Positions 1-10,036 of a DNA stretch of 64,000 nt are shown here, piece by piece (the stretch's first letter is position 1; each line of letters opens with the position of its first letter). The translations under genes and the position numbers were made by a program. This DNA comes from a bacterium (lineage in GTDB: Bacteria > Bacillota_I > Bacilli_A > Izemoplasmatales > Izemoplasmataceae). The stretch covers positions 77,847-141,846 of the forward strand of contig JAGYLV010000001.1 of NCBI GenBank assembly GCA_018400875.1, written 5' to 3'. The notes under the pieces are model-generated. The model did no database searches. It saw nothing but the letters and a program-made list of their open reading frames with translations, and was not told where the DNA came from.

Positions 1-1338
1 AACGTCGCCTCCAATGATTTCAAAGACGACATCAATATGACCCTTGAAAGCGATTATGAAACGTTGCGCTGGACCCGTGAATACTACAGCGAACTTGAAG
101 TTTCTCGCATCAAACGCTCAGGCATCAACCTCCGCAAACAATCGGCGGAAATTCGTCGCCATGAACAATCAGAAAAAAAATATTTAGAAAGTTTAGATAC
201 CTATCTAAAAAGTACTCAGCAAAGTGTCAATGCCATTTTTGACCGGTTCTATCAAAAGCTTGAAAAACAATCGTTGATCAAACCCAAAGAACTCATTCGT
301 CACGCGAAACACTTCCACGAAGAAACATTATCCCTGGTGGAAGAACAAACCCAATCGGTGATGAACGAAATTCAATCCTTGTTTGATTACATTCGGGCTC
401 AAGACATTGAATTTATTGCTGAAATTGAACACGGAGCCGATTCTGCGGTCGCGTCCATCCGGGCTAAATACGATCAAAATAGAGTACGCGTTTTAGCCGA
501 CATTGATGAAATCAATACCCGAATCCATGCGCACAAACGCTCATCAAGCGGCGCATACACTGAAAATGAAAACGCCGAACTTATCGCACAGAATGAAAAA
601 ATTGAAGCGGCGCAAAATGCCATCCAAGCCCTCGAAAACGAACGCAGTCAAAAACTCGAACGATTCAAGGGTGAAATCAATGCCCTTGAAAATGAATATC
701 AACAACGCACTGATGCGATTCATTTCGAGGAGCTAAGACGTTTAGATGACCTGAAAGCAGAAATGGAGCAAGAAGCGCAGCGGATTCAAGCCAAACTTGA
801 ACAAGCGGGGCAAATCTTAGCCGCCATCAAAGCCACCGAGCAAGAAACGCTGGATCACTACAAACAAGTCTTTGAGTACCAAAAAGCCAATGCGTTGCGT
901 GCGTATGAAGATAGGGTTCGCGATTTAGAAGATGCGATTGCCGAAGCCAAACGCGAACAAGACCGCAAAAAAATCGAAATTGAACGCGTCTTAAACCGAA
1001 ACATTGATACCATTCAAAAAGAAATATCTTCGAAAGAAACTCAACTCGAAGCTGCCTTAGAAAAAGTAAACCGTGAATACGATACCCTCTACTTCGACAA
1101 ACAAACCAGAACCCAGCATCTCAACGAACGTGTGGAAGTCATTCGTAAAAAACTCATCCAAAGCAAACAAGAACTTTTAGATGAACTCAAAGCGGACCTC
1201 TCGCAGTTGCCAGAACTGAATGAGCACGCATCGGTTAAAGCACTCGCCCACGATAACAAAGCCGCACTTCACTCTCACCGTGATGAAATCAGTCGGTGGA
1301 TTGAAGAAAAGAAACGCACATTCCAAGAAAGTCTTTAA
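1..1338 (+). CDS. Coiled-coil protein, C-terminal part (5' end outside window)
   Basis: Frame 1 is open from base 1, with no stop before the first ATG at 37. The sequence is E/K/Q/L/R-rich and heptad-like, with no TM segment or signal peptide. Stop at 1336-1338. Confidence 0.6.
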   Translation, partial: NVASNDFKDDINMTLESDYETLRWTREYYSELEVSRIKRSGINLRKQSAEIRRHEQSEKKYLESLDTYLKSTQQSVNAIFDRFYQKLEKQSLIKPKELIRHAKHFHEETLSLVEEQTQSVMNEIQSLFDYIRAQDIEFIAEIEHGADSAVASIRAKYDQNRVRVLADIDEINTRIHAHKRSSSGAYTENENAELIAQNEKIEAAQNAIQALENERSQKLERFKGEINALENEYQQRTDAIHFEELRRLDDLKAEMEQEAQRIQAKLEQAGQILAAIKATEQETLDHYKQVFEYQKANALRAYEDRVRDLEDAIAEAKREQDRKKIEIERVLNRNIDTIQKEISSKETQLEAALEKVNREYDTLYFDKQTRTQHLNERVEVIRKKLIQSKQELLDELKADLSQLPELNEHASVKALAHDNKAALHSHRDEISRWIEEKKRTFQESL

Positions 1339-1353
1339 GAAAGGAGGGATTCT

Positions 1354-4191
1354 ATGAAAAATGCCATTGCCAAGCAAGCTGAAATCAATCAAGAACTTGC
1401 GACACTCATTGATGAAGATCTCAAGCAAGAACAAGAATTACTCAAATCCCTCATTAAAGAAATTCTTGAGGCGAATGAGAAAATTAAGAATGCGCATTTT
1501 GAACGCGTTCAAGATACGGAAGCTAAATTAAAAGTTCTGAACTCCGAAGTCAAACGAATTCGCCGGACCATCAAAAAACAAGATGATGTGGTCACAAAAA
1601 AACGGCTCGAACTTCTGGGTGAGACCAAAGAAGAGTATTTTGACACATTGGCGGAAATGCGCTTGTCCGATGCGAAAGAGCACTTTGCCAATCCGCTGCG
1701 GAAGCATTTAGCCGATCTCAAACGCCAGTTTAGTCAATCACTTAAATCTTCCAGCCCCGCCATTAAAGACATTCAAGAACCGATAGAAGCGTATTTTGAG
1801 GCGTTAACTGAGAGTTTAGAACACGATTTTTCTTTCAGTCATTTAGCCCTTGATGAATCCTATAACCAGCTCGGTGGAACCACCGATCATCTGCAAAGTG
1901 CGCTGGAACCCCTCGCACCATTCGCAGAAAATATCTTTAAAACGTTTAAAGAGAAGCTCGAAACCCTGCTTTCCTTTTTTGATACGTCTGAACTTGACGA
2001 TCTCGTGGATGAAATTCAATCAACGAAAGCCAATGACCTCGATCAACTCAGCCAACAAAAAAAGGCCATTGATGAGGCTTTAACCGATGAACTAGAAAGG
2101 CTGGATGAAGCCTACTTAACCCAAGTGGATGACGCCCGTAAAGAAGCGCTTCAAGATGCCAATATATCTCTTTCCGAGACGGATAAAACGCTCTTAGATG
2201 CCTTCAAACATGCGGCCAGAGAATGGATTAAATCCGCCGATTCTCATCCATCTGCGCAAGCCTTAAAAACGTTAAAAAGTACCCAAAAAGCGTGGTCCAA
2301 GACACGGCCCGGGAAAACCACCAAGAAAATCGACAAAGCGTTTAAGAAAAACGCATCCAGCATCTTAGATGCAAAATCCCAAAAACGTTCCGAACATCTC
2401 GAGCAATCCTATGAAATCCGGATGCAAGATAAAGAGCGTGAAATCCAAGCCCTCATTGACATCAGCTCACTCAAAATGCGGACGCTTTTGACCTATTTAG
2501 AAAATCAAGAAGAAACACTGCTTTCAACGTTTGCGTTCATGGAAGATCTATTAGAATCAGGCTATGCGCTTGAACTGGCCTTAATTGATTTGGATCACAC
2601 CTTGCAAGTGGCACGCTTCCAAGCCGCCAAACGCACGCAAGAGTTGCGGCTTCAAAAGACCGAACTGTATCGCCGGTACGAACGGATGGTGCAGCGTTTA
2701 GAAGTTGAATCCCTCGATCTTTTAGAGCGCCAGCATATGACGTTTAAAGATGTGCAACTGCAAATGGATTTTGCCCTGGAAAAAGAACGCTTAGAAATCA
2801 ATCGCCTTTATGGGCTGCATAAAATATTAGACAAACGCGTGCAATTTATTGGTAAAAGCAAAGTCAAACGGATGGATGAACTCAAAGAACTCAAATTCCA
2901 ATTGTTCCAAGATGAAGCCGATATTGCCCTCGCCGAAAAAGAATATGACATCCAAGTGTTAAAAGCGCAATCCCTCTACGATCATGAAAAAGCCATCAAT
3001 AAAGTCCAATCCGAACGCATTGATGCGGGGGTAAGGGTCAATAAAGCGATGGTTCAAGCTACGGTCAAACGCCAGGTGAATTTTGCCGATCAACAGATTA
3101 AGTTTGCCGAGGCCGAATATGCCGCCCGGATGGAACACATTGAATACACGTTAAATCAAGAACTGTCTTACGCCGAAGAAACCTTGGGGTATCACGAGAA
3201 AAACTACGCGGCAAAGCGCGAAGAGATCGAGCAAGAATACGAGTCGAAAAAGCACTCCTTGGTCCAAAAGAAAAAGCTCTTTGAACATTCGCCCATGCTG
3301 AAAAAAGTCTTGTTGGAAGAAAAGGAAGTCGACGAAGCGTATCAAGAGCGTCTTCTCGCCTTTGAAGAACAACTGGCCAATGACATTTCCATTAAGCGCT
3401 ACCGCGAGCAAATTCAAAAGGCCCATGATCACGCTGAAAAAGCGCGAAACGATGCTTTAAATCTCCGGGATAAAGACATCGAAAGCTTCACCGCACTCAA
3501 AGAAGAATCCCTCGCCCGTTTAGCCAATGTCGAGAAAATGATGGCGGGTCCTGAACTCTTGCCTTATCATGAAGAAAGCGTAAACGATCAAGCCAGCGAA
3601 CGCCTTCAAGCCATGCTCAAAACCGCGGAAGATTTCCTTGAGGAAAAAACGGCGGAACCCAAAGCCCGCTTAGAAGACATCAAAGGGCGTATTATCGAAC
3701 TGGAAAAAGGCGATGTGGATTCCACGACGGTCAGTGAACTGAGCCGTCAAGAACAAAACCTCAACCAATCCTTTGCCGATCGCGTGCAAGACTTAGAGAA
3801 TACACTCAAAGAAAAACGTGCACTGCTTCTCACTCAAACCGAGCAAGCCCAGGCCCGTTCCCAAACGATCATTGAAGCCATTGACCGGGAACTGGCGGAG
3901 CCTATTCAAGTGTCATCAAATCATCACGCCGCACTCGTCGCAGCGATTGAAGCCAAAGAAAAAACGCTTCAAATCACCCACGAACAATGGCGATCTGAGC
4001 GTTTAATGAAGAAAAACGAACGACTCAACGTGCTTAACCGGACGCAATCGACCATTAAAAACCGGTTGATTGATACGTCGGTGAAAACGCAGATGAAAGT
4101 TGAGAAGATTGAAAATCTTCAAAACAAAGCCATCAGTGAATCGTATAAAATCTTGCACAAGCAATTTAAGAAAGATAAAAAAGCCCTTTAA
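1354..4191 (+). CDS. Large coiled-coil protein (945 aa), function unknown
   Basis: Long uninterrupted ORF with an AAGGAGG-like RBS at 1341-1348, 16 nt after the previous stop. Composition is dominated by E/K/L/Q/A and no enzymatic motif or TM segment was recognised. Confidence 0.65.
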   Translation: MKNAIAKQAEINQELATLIDEDLKQEQELLKSLIKEILEANEKIKNAHFERVQDTEAKLKVLNSEVKRIRRTIKKQDDVVTKKRLELLGETKEEYFDTLAEMRLSDAKEHFANPLRKHLADLKRQFSQSLKSSSPAIKDIQEPIEAYFEALTESLEHDFSFSHLALDESYNQLGGTTDHLQSALEPLAPFAENIFKTFKEKLETLLSFFDTSELDDLVDEIQSTKANDLDQLSQQKKAIDEALTDELERLDEAYLTQVDDARKEALQDANISLSETDKTLLDAFKHAAREWIKSADSHPSAQALKTLKSTQKAWSKTRPGKTTKKIDKAFKKNASSILDAKSQKRSEHLEQSYEIRMQDKEREIQALIDISSLKMRTLLTYLENQEETLLSTFAFMEDLLESGYALELALIDLDHTLQVARFQAAKRTQELRLQKTELYRRYERMVQRLEVESLDLLERQHMTFKDVQLQMDFALEKERLEINRLYGLHKILDKRVQFIGKSKVKRMDELKELKFQLFQDEADIALAEKEYDIQVLKAQSLYDHEKAINKVQSERIDAGVRVNKAMVQATVKRQVNFADQQIKFAEAEYAARMEHIEYTLNQELSYAEETLGYHEKNYAAKREEIEQEYESKKHSLVQKKKLFEHSPMLKKVLLEEKEVDEAYQERLLAFEEQLANDISIKRYREQIQKAHDHAEKARNDALNLRDKDIESFTALKEESLARLANVEKMMAGPELLPYHEESVNDQASERLQAMLKTAEDFLEEKTAEPKARLEDIKGRIIELEKGDVDSTTVSELSRQEQNLNQSFADRVQDLENTLKEKRALLLTQTEQAQARSQTIIEAIDRELAEPIQVSSNHHAALVAAIEAKEKTLQITHEQWRSERLMKKNERLNVLNRTQSTIKNRLIDTSVKTQMKVEKIENLQNKAISESYKILHKQFKKDKKAL

Positions 4192-4216
4192 ACCCTCATT
4201 TAATGAGGGTTTTTAT
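4189..4216. terminator. Bidirectional intrinsic terminator between the coiled-coil gene and deoB
   Basis: Palindrome aaccctcat-tta-atgagggtt followed by a T run. It overlaps the deoB stop codon. Confidence 0.6.
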
Positions 4217-5383
4217 TTGCGAATAAAAGGATGTACCGTGTGTGGTTTTAGGGACACCATAGATGTCTGAAATGGTTGCACCTAAAGAACTAAACGATAT
4301 GAGATCACCTAAGTTAAGGGATGATGTAAATGCTTTGGAATGAATCAGTAAGGGAACATATTCGCGCGTATGATCGGTGCCTATGTGCGTGGGGTCATTG
4401 CCGTGATCGGCCGTGACCATGAGTAAATCATCCTCACGCATTTGATCCATGAATGTTTTGAGTTGAGCATCAAATGTTTCTAGCGCTTGATGATAGCCTT
4501 CGGGGTCTCTGCGATGCCCATAAAGCGCATCAAAATCCACGAGATTTAAAAAGGCTAATCCTTCAAAGTCTTCTTCTAGGGCTTCAGTAAAGTGCTTCAT
4601 GCCTTCATCGTTGGAGGCTTGACGGCGGCTTTTCGTAATGCCTTCCCCGTCATAAATATCAGCGATTTTTCCGAAGGCTAAAACACTTAAGCCCGCTTCT
4701 TTGAGGTAATCCAACGTGGTTTTTGCAAAGGGTTTTAACGCGTAATCATGCCGGTGTGCGGTGCGGGTAAAGCCGGCTTCTTCGCTTCCAATAAACGGCC
4801 GGGCGATGATGCGTCCTAATTTATAAGGCCCTTCCAAGGTGAGTGCTCGGGCGATTTCGCAGGCTTGATAGAGCTCTTCCAACGGGACGACATCTTCATG
4901 GGCGGCAATTTGTAAAACACTGTCGGCACTCGTGTAAACAATGAGATGGCCGGTTTTGACATGGGCTGGGCCCAGTTCTTTTAAGATTTCTGTGCCCGAA
5001 GCGGCTTTATTGCCGATGATTTTGCGGCCCCATTTTTCTTCTAAGGTCTGGATTAAATCATCGGGAAACCCGGTTTCGGTGAAGGTTTGAAAAGGCACAT
5101 CGATTTGCAGGCCCATGAGCTCCCAGTGTCCCGTCATCGTATCTTTACCGGCACTGGTCTCTTGCATGCGCCCATAGGCAGCTTGGGTGGCGCTCGGTTT
5201 AATGCCGGGAATTTCGGTTAAATATCCCAGCCCAAATGATTCTAAGGTAGGTAAATGGATCGATCCCTTCGACTCGGCCGTATGTCTTAAAGTATGTGTG
5301 CCGACATCTTTAAAGGCTGCGGCATCGGGCGCTGCGCCAATTCCAACCGAATCCATGACAATGACAAAGGTGCGTTTAAACAT
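4196..5383 (-). CDS. deoB: Phosphopentomutase
   Basis: 395 aa. The N-terminus FVIVMDSVGIGAAPDA and the C-terminal TADHGNDPT motif are typical of DeoB-type alkaline-phosphatase-superfamily mutases. Confidence 0.9.
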   Translation of the reverse strand: MFKRTFVIVMDSVGIGAAPDAAAFKDVGTHTLRHTAESKGSIHLPTLESFGLGYLTEIPGIKPSATQAAYGRMQETSAGKDTMTGHWELMGLQIDVPFQTFTETGFPDDLIQTLEEKWGRKIIGNKAASGTEILKELGPAHVKTGHLIVYTSADSVLQIAAHEDVVPLEELYQACEIARALTLEGPYKLGRIIARPFIGSEEAGFTRTAHRHDYALKPFAKTTLDYLKEAGLSVLAFGKIADIYDGEGITKSRRQASNDEGMKHFTEALEEDFEGLAFLNLVDFDALYGHRRDPEGYHQALETFDAQLKTFMDQMREDDLLMVTADHGNDPTHIGTDHTREYVPLLIHSKAFTSSLNLGDLISFSSLGATISDIYGVPKTTHGTSFYSQIKTLIK

Positions 5384-5392
5384 GACTAGCTC

Positions 5393-6286
5393 CTAAAATT
5401 TGGTGGGATGATATTGGTCGTAAATGGCTTTGATATGCGTGGTGGATAAATGCGTATAAATTTCCGTGGTGGAAACATCCACATGCCCGAGCATTTCTTG
5501 GACGTAGCGCAAATCGACGCCGCGCTCTAACAAGTGGGTCGCAAAGGAATGCCTCAGGGTATGGGGACTCACGGTATGCGGAATGCCAGCTTTAAGCGCT
5601 AAGTCTTTTAAGACTTTGAAAAAACCCACCCGTGAGATGGGTTGGCCGTGCCGGTTTAAAAACACATAAGCGCTGGGGGCTTTGGCCAGTTTTAACCGGC
5701 CGCCTTCTAAATAGGTTTGTAAAGCACTAATCGCATAGGCTGAAAGGGGAACTACACGGCGCTTTTGACCTTTTCCAATCACATCCACCCGCGATTCGTT
5801 GAGGTGCAGTTGATTGGTCGTGAGTTCACACAGTTCACTCACCCTGAGGCCGGAGCCATAAAGCAATTCAACCATCGCTTTATTGCGCTGAGAAAGTGGG
5901 GCGTCCCCATCGGTTTGCGCGATAATTGCGGTGATATCATCCATGCTTAAAACCGCCGGCAGATGGGCTTTTTTCTTGGGCTTGGCAATCCGGGTGATGA
6001 TGTTTTCTTTCAGTACTTTTTCTTTCACTAAATACGCATGAAACTGATTCAGGGAGGAGAGTTTTCGTGATAGCGTCGACGCTTGGTAATGTTTTTTTCT
6101 TAACGTCATTACGTAATTCGTGACATCTTTACGGGTGATCGACTCAGGATCATCGAGGCCGCGAACGTCCGTTAAATACATCACATAATCGGTGCAATCT
6201 TTGAGGTACGCAAGAAGCGTATTCGCTGAAAGTCCCGATGATGCACGCAAATCATATTCAAATTCTTTCAGCAGTGTCTTCATCAT
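5393..6286 (-). CDS. xerD: Tyrosine recombinase XerD/XerC type
   Basis: Has the SAM-like N-domain and a catalytic C-terminus (R...HxLRH...Y: PHTLRHSFATHLL, EIYTH). The start was chosen at the ATG pair 6286/6283; the longer ORF to 6379 overlaps hemW by about 120 nt. The deoB-xerD neighbourhood matches Bacillus. Confidence 0.8.
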   Translation of the reverse strand: MMKTLLKEFEYDLRASSGLSANTLLAYLKDCTDYVMYLTDVRGLDDPESITRKDVTNYVMTLRKKHYQASTLSRKLSSLNQFHAYLVKEKVLKENIITRIAKPKKKAHLPAVLSMDDITAIIAQTDGDAPLSQRNKAMVELLYGSGLRVSELCELTTNQLHLNESRVDVIGKGQKRRVVPLSAYAISALQTYLEGGRLKLAKAPSAYVFLNRHGQPISRVGFFKVLKDLALKAGIPHTVSPHTLRHSFATHLLERGVDLRYVQEMLGHVDVSTTEIYTHLSTTHIKAIYDQYHPTKF

Positions 6287-7394
6287 CCAAACAATCCATC
6301 CATACGTTATTGGCGAAAAAGAGGCCTTTATCTGTGAGTTGTAACTGATCGTTTTCGATCCTAATAAGCCCTTCTTCAAGGCGGTCTTTGAGCCCTGGGA
6401 AGCGCGTTAAAGGATGCACTCCAAAGGTGGATTCAAAGGCGGTAACATTCACGCCTTCTTTCATCCTAAGGCCCATTAACAGTGTATCATGGATGGGTTG
6501 ATAGGGATAATCAATGCGCGCCTTTAAGCCCTTCTCAAGCATCGCATCCGTATATTTTTTGACCGAACGGATGTTTTCGTAACGGGTGTTTTCCAGGCGA
6601 CCATGGGCGCCAGCTCCTAACCCAAGGTACGCTTCATTACGCCAGTAAATGGGATTGTGAATGGACCTTCTACCGGGCTTCGCAAAACTCGAGATTTCAT
6701 AATGGTCGTAGCCTTCTTCTTTCATCCGTTTGATGATGTGCGCATACATATCCGCCACGAGATCATCATCCGGCAAGGTCAGTAAGCCGTGTGTGATTTG
6801 GTGATGGAGTTTCGTGTGGTCTTCTAAAATGAGGGCGTAAATCGAATAATGTTCGGCCCCCACTTGGATGAATTTTTCTAAATCTTCTTGGAATGCGTCC
6901 CACGACTGAGCGGGCAGGCCAAACATGATATCTAACGAATAATGCGTGAGGCCAACTTCTTTGAGATGATCTAAAGCTTTTAAAACATCGACTTGACGGT
7001 GATCGCGATTAATGAGCGTCAGTAACGCATCGTTAAACGTTTGCACCCCGAGACTCACACGCGTCACGCCGTGGGCTTTTAAAAGCTTTGCTTTTTCCTT
7101 AGTTAAACTGGATGGATTCGCTTCGACCGTAAATTCTTTGAGGTTTTTCACATCCACATGTTGATTGATCTCGACTAATAACAATTCAAAGTCTTCATCG
7201 GAAAGCGCCGTGGGCGTTCCCCCACCAATGTAGACCGTATCGGTGGTTTGAAACATCTCTTCTGATAGTTTCATTTCGTAAAAAAGCGCCTTTAAATAGG
7301 CGCGTTTTTTTTCAGGTTTCGCGATTTCTTTGGCAAAGTCACAGTAGGTGCACAGTTTTTCACAAAATGGAATATGGATATAGGTGCCAAACAC
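6258..7394 (-). CDS. hemW: Radical SAM heme chaperone HemW / oxygen-independent coproporphyrinogen oxidase-like protein
   Basis: 378 aa with the CxxxCxxC cluster motif (FCEKLCTYCDF) at the N-terminus and a HemN_C-like tail. Confidence 0.8.
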   Translation of the reverse strand: MFGTYIHIPFCEKLCTYCDFAKEIAKPEKKRAYLKALFYEMKLSEEMFQTTDTVYIGGGTPTALSDEDFELLLVEINQHVDVKNLKEFTVEANPSSLTKEKAKLLKAHGVTRVSLGVQTFNDALLTLINRDHRQVDVLKALDHLKEVGLTHYSLDIMFGLPAQSWDAFQEDLEKFIQVGAEHYSIYALILEDHTKLHHQITHGLLTLPDDDLVADMYAHIIKRMKEEGYDHYEISSFAKPGRRSIHNPIYWRNEAYLGLGAGAHGRLENTRYENIRSVKKYTDAMLEKGLKARIDYPYQPIHDTLLMGLRMKEGVNVTAFESTFGVHPLTRFPGLKDRLEEGLIRIENDQLQLTDKGLFFANNVWMDCLDDEDTAERI

Positions 7395-8800
7395 TAAAGT
7401 TTCACCTTCGGATTAAAATAGAGTAAGATGCCCGCAAACACACTAAATAACACAGCAATTATGCCTAAAACTAACCACGTGGAAGCATCCGAAACTGGCG
7501 CAATCCCGACCAATAATATGACGGGGAAGCCAAACAAGATCGCCGTCGATGAGCCGACCACTAAATCCGACGCCGCAGGCGTTTTAAATTCCGGATCGAG
7601 TTCACGGATTAAAATGACGCCCGTGGAAGCCGTCCCCGTGAGCATGCCAAACATGCCAAGCGTGGCTTCGTTTTTATATTCGGGATAAATTCGGCTGGTC
7701 ATGAAAATCATATAAAGTGCGGTGGTTATCCCGACAATCAGTCCGAGGGTCAGTAATAAGACCCAATAACGGGCTAAGTCTTCCAACCGGATGGCCGCAA
7801 TGGAGGCCACAATCATAATGTCAAAGGTGAACCCACTGATGCGGTTGAGTAAAAAGTTATTGGGGTATTGACGCGTCATGACTTTGTTTTTTCTCAAAAG
7901 CATCAGGATTTGTTTCAGTAAAAGTGCAAACAACATCCCAATGATAAAGTTAAAGCCCCACAGGAGTGGACCGATGGTATTAATCCCAAAATCCCCTAAA
8001 GCGCCGCCGTTTAACCAATTGGTCGTTCCGCGGATTGCGCCGTACGTAATGAGATAGACAAATAACACAATGATGACTTGAATGGTAAATTTATCGATGG
8101 ATTCCGCCAATGGGATCTCATCGGGGGATGAATTAAGTTGCGGCGAGTTAAAGGTATCCACGGCGGTTTCCGTGCGTTTCACATGGCCTTTTTTTGCCAG
8201 ATAATTGAGATAGATCACCCCGAATATCGCCGCCCATAAAAAGCCAAACGAAGCGATCGCCAGCCCAAAGCTTGCGCCGCCCGCAAAGCCATAGGATGTC
8301 TCATACACCGTCCCAATATTGAGGGCTTGACCCGGGCCTTGACCGAAGCCCATGGGGAATAAGATCCCACTGCTTCTAAATAGATCTGGCATAAACGTAT
8401 ACGAAAGCCCAAGGGTAATCGAAAGACCCACTAAGCCTTGAATGAGATAGGTCGAGACAATGAGTAAACCACTGAAAAAGCTCTGACCACGCTTGAGTTG
8501 ATAGCGCGCTTTTTCACTGACTTTAAGGCCTAAGGCAATAAACCCTAAGGCAATGGCGTGGTACGTAATTAAACTGAAGAATTGATTGAGCGCCAAGACG
8601 GCTTCAGGATCCGCAAGGGGAGCATAGATGAACTCTTTGATCAACAGACCTAAGAATCCTGCAATGACCGCACTGGGTAATAAGGAACGTCTTAAAAAGG
8701 GGACTTTGCGTCTCAGGGTATTACCCAGAAGTAAAAGCACCGCAATGAGTCCAAAATAATAAATGGATTGCCAAGAATCGGGACTGGTAAAATCAAACAT
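7394..8800 (-). CDS. gltS: Sodium/glutamate symporter family (GltS/ESS) permease
   Basis: 468-aa polytopic membrane protein. The N-terminus (LLLLGNTLRRKVPFLRRSLLPSAVIAG) and overall architecture resemble GltS. The family call rests on recalled similarity only. Confidence 0.6.
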   Translation of the reverse strand: MFDFTSPDSWQSIYYFGLIAVLLLLGNTLRRKVPFLRRSLLPSAVIAGFLGLLIKEFIYAPLADPEAVLALNQFFSLITYHAIALGFIALGLKVSEKARYQLKRGQSFFSGLLIVSTYLIQGLVGLSITLGLSYTFMPDLFRSSGILFPMGFGQGPGQALNIGTVYETSYGFAGGASFGLAIASFGFLWAAIFGVIYLNYLAKKGHVKRTETAVDTFNSPQLNSSPDEIPLAESIDKFTIQVIIVLFVYLITYGAIRGTTNWLNGGALGDFGINTIGPLLWGFNFIIGMLFALLLKQILMLLRKNKVMTRQYPNNFLLNRISGFTFDIMIVASIAAIRLEDLARYWVLLLTLGLIVGITTALYMIFMTSRIYPEYKNEATLGMFGMLTGTASTGVILIRELDPEFKTPAASDLVVGSSTAILFGFPVILLVGIAPVSDASTWLVLGIIAVLFSVFAGILLYFNPKVKL

Positions 8801-9971
8801 AGGAAGTCTCCTTTTGGAGTATTTTGATCATCGATACGTATTTGAGTGCGCTGCGTTTTTCATCACTTAAACAGTAATACGTCTTCGCCGTGGGTCGGTG
8901 ATATAAAATCAATCCAGTTCGGTGTTGGACCGCGGGATCGATATCTAGAGGGTCCCACGTTTCATGGGTGTGCGGCCCTTCAATCGTGAGCGCTTTTTTA
9001 GTCAAGGTGATAGACACCCGGTCCCGTTTTTCTTTCGGCTTTAAATCTAGAATCTCGTAGAGTGTTTCATCCGCGTCATGAAATAAAACCGCATCGTCTT
9101 TTTGTGTTTCAACCAACGATTTAAAGACCGCAATCTGATCATCAAACCAAGCGGGAGTTGCGCTAAAGTAACGGCCATCAAAGTGGGGTTCAAACCGCCC
9201 ATAATCATTAACCGTTACATGGAAGGCACACGCCGTGCAGTGGACATCATCACCTTTGGAATAAAGGGTTTCAATGCGGTGACAGTGGGGACAGACCACA
9301 TAAGCTGATTCGATGTTGACCGCTTTATTTTTCCCTTTAAAAGGGGTATCGGTGAATAATTTAAAATCATTCACCGCCAGCGTGTTTTTGATATATTGAT
9401 GTAAGGTTTCAACGTCCATCGTTTGAATTTCTTCCACCGTTAAAATCTTTTTCACCGAGCCATGCATTTTGCCTTTACGGCCGTATTTGGCCCATCTAGG
9501 GTGAGATAAATGTCCGCCTTCAATCGTATGAAACACGACTTTCACTTTGGCTTTTTTAACCAGTTTAGCAATGGCGATACCAATCGGCATTTGTTCGCCT
9601 GAAAAACTGGTATTTCCTTCCGGGTACAAGGCCACGTGTTGGCCTTCTTTAAGGGTTTTTAAAATGGCTTTGGTGCTTCTTAAGTCGCTGCGGAATTTAT
9701 TGATGGGGATGGGCGCGACTAAATAATCGAGGACTTTCGACCACACCGGTAAGTTATAAATCATCGTTGATGCCACAAAATAAATGGGCTTTTTAAAACT
9801 AAACGATAAAAAAACAGGATCGAGCGCTTGGGTATGATTGCCCAATATTAAATAAGGTTCCAAGGTTTCTTCGAACCGGTCAAATGTATACCGAAATTTA
9901 AAGCGTGCATACCATTCAAAGACTTTGCGGAAAATGGCGAATGTCACGCGATGACGGAATTTACTACGCAT
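8793..9971 (-). CDS. Lysophospholipid (1-acyl-sn-glycerol-3-phosphate) acyltransferase family protein with a C-terminal CxxC...CxxC domain
   Basis: HxxxxD motif (NHTQALD), a PEG block (YPEGNTS) and a C-terminal CPHC...CTAC zinc-ribbon-like element. Confidence 0.7.
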   Translation of the reverse strand: MRSKFRHRVTFAIFRKVFEWYARFKFRYTFDRFEETLEPYLILGNHTQALDPVFLSFSFKKPIYFVASTMIYNLPVWSKVLDYLVAPIPINKFRSDLRSTKAILKTLKEGQHVALYPEGNTSFSGEQMPIGIAIAKLVKKAKVKVVFHTIEGGHLSHPRWAKYGRKGKMHGSVKKILTVEEIQTMDVETLHQYIKNTLAVNDFKLFTDTPFKGKNKAVNIESAYVVCPHCHRIETLYSKGDDVHCTACAFHVTVNDYGRFEPHFDGRYFSATPAWFDDQIAVFKSLVETQKDDAVLFHDADETLYEILDLKPKEKRDRVSITLTKKALTIEGPHTHETWDPLDIDPAVQHRTGLILYHRPTAKTYYCLSDEKRSALKYVSMIKILQKETSYV

Positions 9972-9996
9972 GCGAGACTCCTCAGATGTTTCATAA

Positions 9997-10005
9997 ATTA
10001 TAGCA
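9997..10005 (-). promoter_or_regulatory. Extended -10 element TGCTATAAT upstream of the acyltransferase gene
   Basis: Plus strand reads attatagca. It lies 26 nt upstream of the ATG at 9971, with a GAGGAG RBS in between. Confidence 0.5.
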
Positions 10006-10036
10006 TATTTCTTTCAAAATTTAGATTAAAATTCCG

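Noticed and set aside
5393-6379. Tyrosine recombinase, considered as the integrase of a mobile element or prophage.
   Set aside because: It sits in the conserved housekeeping deoB-xerD neighbourhood, has XerD-like size and motifs, and has no flanking att-like repeats or phage genes.
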